Below are positions 59,760 through 64,000 of a stretch of 64,000 bases of DNA, piece by piece. This DNA comes from Penicillus capitatus (lineage: Eukaryota > Plantae > Chlorophyta). The notes under the pieces are model-generated. The model saw only the letters and a program-made list of their open reading frames with translations. It made no database searches and was not told where the DNA came from. Position 1 is the first letter of the stretch. Each line of letters begins with the position of its first letter. The position numbers and the translations under genes were made by a program. Location: assembly GCA_965649825.1 (NCBI GenBank), contig OZ287711.1, positions 355,201-419,200 on the forward strand, read 5' to 3'.

Positions 59760-61421
59760 CGTCAATGCCGAGTAAGTATTGGCATCAATGCTGCCTCTCT
59801 CAACGCGATCTAATTTCCTGAGCTTGGGCAAACTCCCACACGGCAATCCAAATTCACTGTCGACCAACAACTCGTATGAAAACGGAATCTTAAGCTCCCT
59901 CAGATCTGAGAACAGGCACAACTGCTGGAAGAAGAGTTTTTGGTCGACTCCCTCTGACTCGACACCACAAAGATACAGCTTCGTCAAGCCGGTCAACGCC
60001 GCGAAAGCGTCGAGAAAGGGTCGATCCAGACGGACATTCCGCAATGATAGTGTCTTCAACTGCCCAAGTTCGTTGAAGAAATGGATTGGTGTCATACCAT
60101 CCGAATGAAATGAATACATCTCTTTGTAATTGTACAGGGCCAGTGACGTGAGTTTGGTCAAGCCGACCAGCTCCTCGAACAGGCCTTCCGGAAGAGAGTG
60201 ATTAAAGGAAAGCCCGAGATCGACAATTCCCTTCGGAAAGCGTAGAGGCTGGTCTCCCAGGAGATTACCCATATCCAGCCGCGTGAGCTGCGTCAATACT
60301 GTGAGGTGTTCCGTGATCTCAAACGAGATACCCGGAATGCTAAAAAAGCCAAGAGAAAGAGATCTGAGACCTGTAAGCGAAGGCATGCTTTCCAGAAAGC
60401 CGTGCTTGTCTCTTTCGAATGCCATGGTAAAAATCAGACTCGTCAGCTGGCGCATCTGCTGCAATGCTTCGAAGAAGCTCGCATCTCGCTGGTCGCCTCC
60501 TTCAATTGTCAGGCTTGACAGATGCAAGAACGATCTCCACGGGGACGGCCCTGTTAAGGACAACTCTACGAAAGTCGTGTCTATACTGAGCGATTGTAGA
60601 TTCGGAGCATAAGGCACGATGCTCTGCCACAACACAAACGAATTGTCAGACGAACAGATCCAGCGACTGGCAAACCTGTAGATTGTAAGGGGACTGCTCT
60701 GGGACTCTGGCGAATTTGATGAAGAGGCTGGTAAGTCCCGTCAGCATGGGGAAGACAAGCTTGCCCCGTCTGTTTATCAGCAAGCGGAAAGGCATCGCCA
60801 GCTGGCGGAGCCCTTGAACACAGCTGTTTGGATCCAGATCGTTGTGCAGGACACATTTATGGTCGAGAAACAGTGATGTCAGCTTCGTCAGATAACGCAG
60901 GTCGTGAACGAAACAATGCAATGTGTCCTCGTGCGTAGTATACAAGCTGAGTGACCCAAGATGTTGCATCGATGAAAAGCATGCGACCAGGCTTCGCATA
61001 TCAACGGAATAGCCGGAGAGAAGTAGAGAAAGATCGTGTAAATATTCGAATCGCTTCAACTGTGGGGCCACGTGTGTTTCTATGACGTCCCCATTGCCAA
61101 CCCTGGCGAACACGTACAGTGTTTGGGCTTTTGGGAACTTCTCTGCTGCTTCCTGCATGTTGTGCAAAGATATTGTCGTTAACCGAACAGGCAGCTTCCC
61201 ACAGGCGTCGCGCCACCGGCGACAGACGAGGCGGCATTCGTGAAGGCCATCCTCAAGGACGTGCGAAAGCACTTTAAGCAAGAAGTGTTCCTGCTCGAGA
61301 AAGGCACTGAGCGAATCGCCCGCGCAAGGACCACTGGTCTCCGTATCCGTCAACGCATGGGAACTGCAATTCAATACGCAGTTGTGAGCACTAGGCTGTT
61401 TCCGTAGCGGACGCACCTCAT
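59733..61421 (-). CDS. F-box-like + LRR protein, paralog 7
   Basis: Exons 61421-61417, 61363-60676, 60623-59733; FLLKVLSHVLEDGLHECRLVCRRW; core nearly identical to paralogs 1 and 3. Confidence 0.88.
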
Positions 61422-63141
61422 CTGAGTTGTAGCGGTTTTTGTGACACAGAAATGCGACGGCTTATTGTCGACTTTCTCTTCGGTTTATTGTCACCGCCAC
61501 CTTTGTTCAGTCAGCATTGTACGACATTTGTCAGATGTTCGAGTTTGACGTGACGCCTTTCTTCGTGTCGTCATGCCAGAAACGATTCCAGAACCAGAAT
61601 GGACTTGAACACAAAGCTTACGCAGATGACTGGGTCTCTTGTTGCATCAACTCATCAGACATATCTTAATGATGAAAATGGCACAGGGTGAAGCCGGTCA
61701 TTGCTGCATCCAAAACACTCAACTCGAAGCGTACAGACTCGATTTCGTTCCAGATTTTCCAATGCGAATCAAGCTGTGGATTCGCACTTGTTCACAATGG
61801 CAAGCGGTCGTACGACAAGAGCCTTCAACCCCGAGAGATGCCCTCACCTGACAACAATTCAATCAACGCGTTGGTTGATCTCTTGGTCCGATGGCTAGCG
61901 AAAGTCAGTCACGCTCCATTCTGTGCACCAGTGACCATTATACACTTTGGCCATGCTTATACGTTTAGGCCAGTGCAAATGGAATGACGTCGGCCTTGGC
62001 GTCAAAGGTGCTTCTAGAAACCGCAGAGAAACAACGTCGTCCACTTTTTCGGATGCCGTTTCGAATAAAGCAAAAGATCCAGCCGTCACTCGATTTCTGA
62101 ATCCTGTATCGCCATCTGTACGATTCAGCACCTCGGAGTAAGAATGGTCAATAATGACTCCATAATCCACTGGATCTACGGCGTACATACGAATGGATAC
62201 GGCAAAAAGTCTTTGGTCAAGGACTTACTTTCCAGCAGTTCAGGCAAGTATAGCTATCCTCATATTTTTTCTATGTCTCACTATCTCCACTCTGTCATGC
62301 GTCTTGTGTGTCGTCAGATGTAAAGAAAAGAAGGTTCCTAGATTGGCTGCTCCCGGTGGGTTACTTCGCGTCGAAGAGTAGACCGTCGGCAACACTGATG
62401 GGATGTTCTTGCGTGCAGGAATCGTCGGCACAGACTCCCGCTCGGTACAGGCAACAACCAGCACGATAATTCCGTCTCGGCAGATACCATGGCAAAAAAT
62501 GAAATAGAGTGACATTCAGCAGTTGCTCGTAGCAGCCTCGCAGCCTACTCAAGTCAAGCGGTTAGAGTATTGTCTACGTTATCTACGTGTGTTTTGATAT
62601 GTGTGATCTCTTAGAATTTCTGACCATCAACCACCACACCGAAGGAAAGGAGGAGGGTCTGGCGGGTACACCATTTGCAATGCATGACGAGGATCGCATC
62701 ACCCCAGGGCTATCTCAAGAATTAAATAGATCGCATTGCTTGCATGAACTGTTGCATCCCTACTGAGTGCTTTGCCTTAGCTCAAAGAATTTTCCATATA
62801 GACCACTCTTGTCGTGCACAGGGTGACGCATTCTGTAGTGTTAAAGCTCTACGTTGCGAGACAAAGGTGATGCGCAACAATGAATATTAATGGAAGATGT
62901 ATGCACAGACAGCATAGGGTGCGTGGTTCTTCGTTACCACAATCCACTCACTGATTGGCAGTCCATTCTCAAACAATGCAATACTTCATGTCTCGGAAAG
63001 AAAACAATCCACTGCAGGAAGGGATTCCTATGCTCATTATGTTTACTGTGACGTGACGTATTCTGTTACAGCGATTGAGAAGAAGAACAGGTAGATGCGG
63101 AAGTCAGTGTATGAAATATTCAGTAACGAGGAAATTTGTGC

Positions 63142-63666
63142 CTAGTCTTTGCGTTGTGCTTCTTCGCGGGCCTCGCGTTCCCGGCGGCGTCCTTCATTCA
63201 CCGATTTGGATTCTCGACAGATTTTTTCAAATTCATGCTTACTTTCTGTCTCGAGTCTGATTTCTTCTGCTTCGCGTCTGCGTTGTCTTTCTCCGAAGCA
63301 GCCGAGTTCAATGAGTCCACCTGACGGATTGTTCGACATGTTGATTGCATAGCATTCTCTGTACCAGATTATGAAAAGAATAAGATAAAACAAGAGTAAA
63401 AGACCGTAACAGGTACAAACAAACCCGACAAGAATCCAAACGCCTACATCGGAAGGAGAACCACCAGTACCACCTCCAGCATAATAAGCGCCGACACTAC
63501 CACGAGCAGCGCCACCGCCACCGCCACCGTATCTGGACAAATCTCTGCCTGTTGAGTAGGCTGTGTATAAAGCAGTATCACCACCCCTCGCCAAGGATCG
63601 AGTTCCATCGGCAGCTAGATCACGCCGTTTAGTCTTGTTCTCAATCAAAAGATAAAGGCACACCAA
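63142..63666 (-). CDS. Putative single-pass membrane protein: Gly-rich ectodomain, Cys-containing TM, charged tail; start unresolved
   Basis: GGGGGGAARG region, hydrophobic VWILVGFVCTCYGLLLLFYLILFIIWY, R/E-rich C-terminus; no in-frame ATG before the TM. Confidence 0.45.
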   Translation of the reverse strand: MVCLYLLIENKTKRRDLAADGTRSLARGGDTALYTAYSTGRDLSRYGGGGGGAARGSVGAYYAGGGTGGSPSDVGVWILVGFVCTCYGLLLLFYLILFIIWYRECYAINMSNNPSGGLIELGCFGERQRRREAEEIRLETESKHEFEKICRESKSVNEGRRREREAREEAQRKD

Positions 63667-64000
63667 TTGAATGCTTCACTAGGGAATTGGCTCCGCCTCG
63701 GAAGCCGTCTTTTCTTCCCAGCAGCATCAAACCTGTTGCCTAGCAACAATGAATGCGTTTAACGCACCACATGCATCGGAAAAAGCAGAAACACGGTTGA
63801 TGAGCATCCAAGGCAGAAAAGAAAGTCAATCATCGCCTTGCGGAGTGGCTCCGATAAACATCTATCTCATTTATTACCTCATCTGTTGTTGTGGACGTTA
63901 CGGAATCGGCGCTGTCAAACGAAACGGTGAAAACGCCTCCGGCAATCAAAAGAATGCTGCAAAAAATCAGCAGCGAAATCTTTAAGGCTCTTTTCATCCC

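Overview
Eukaryotic nuclear DNA, most likely a chlorophyte green alga (MBB1/HCF107-like plastid RNA factor, SnRK2 kinase, spliceosomal GT-AG introns almost all 47-63 nt). A GC-rich core of about 9 kb (42.2-51 kb) holds conserved-type genes: RPS4, MBB1/HCF107-like, a short NUP155-like gene, an intronless SnRK2 and a P450 with an atypical I-helix. The lower-GC flanks hold a fast-evolving, immune-like gene set: a NACHT-HEAT NLR-like gene (runs off the window), three paralogs of an AIG1/Toc34-like GTPase with a hydrophobic hairpin, seven F-box-like/LRR paralogs sharing one intron position, and an ankyrin fragment. LTR elements with exact 5-bp TSDs are inserted into these genes or relics: a gag-only element with identical LTRs, its solo LTR, a diverged solo LTR and a TRIM. 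Also present are segmental duplications, UNCG-tetraloop hairpin arrays, 22-bp arrays bracketing an orphan domain, and a minisatellite derived from a stop-codon region. The immune-system reading is inference. Domain calls come from motifs read by eye, with no database searches.
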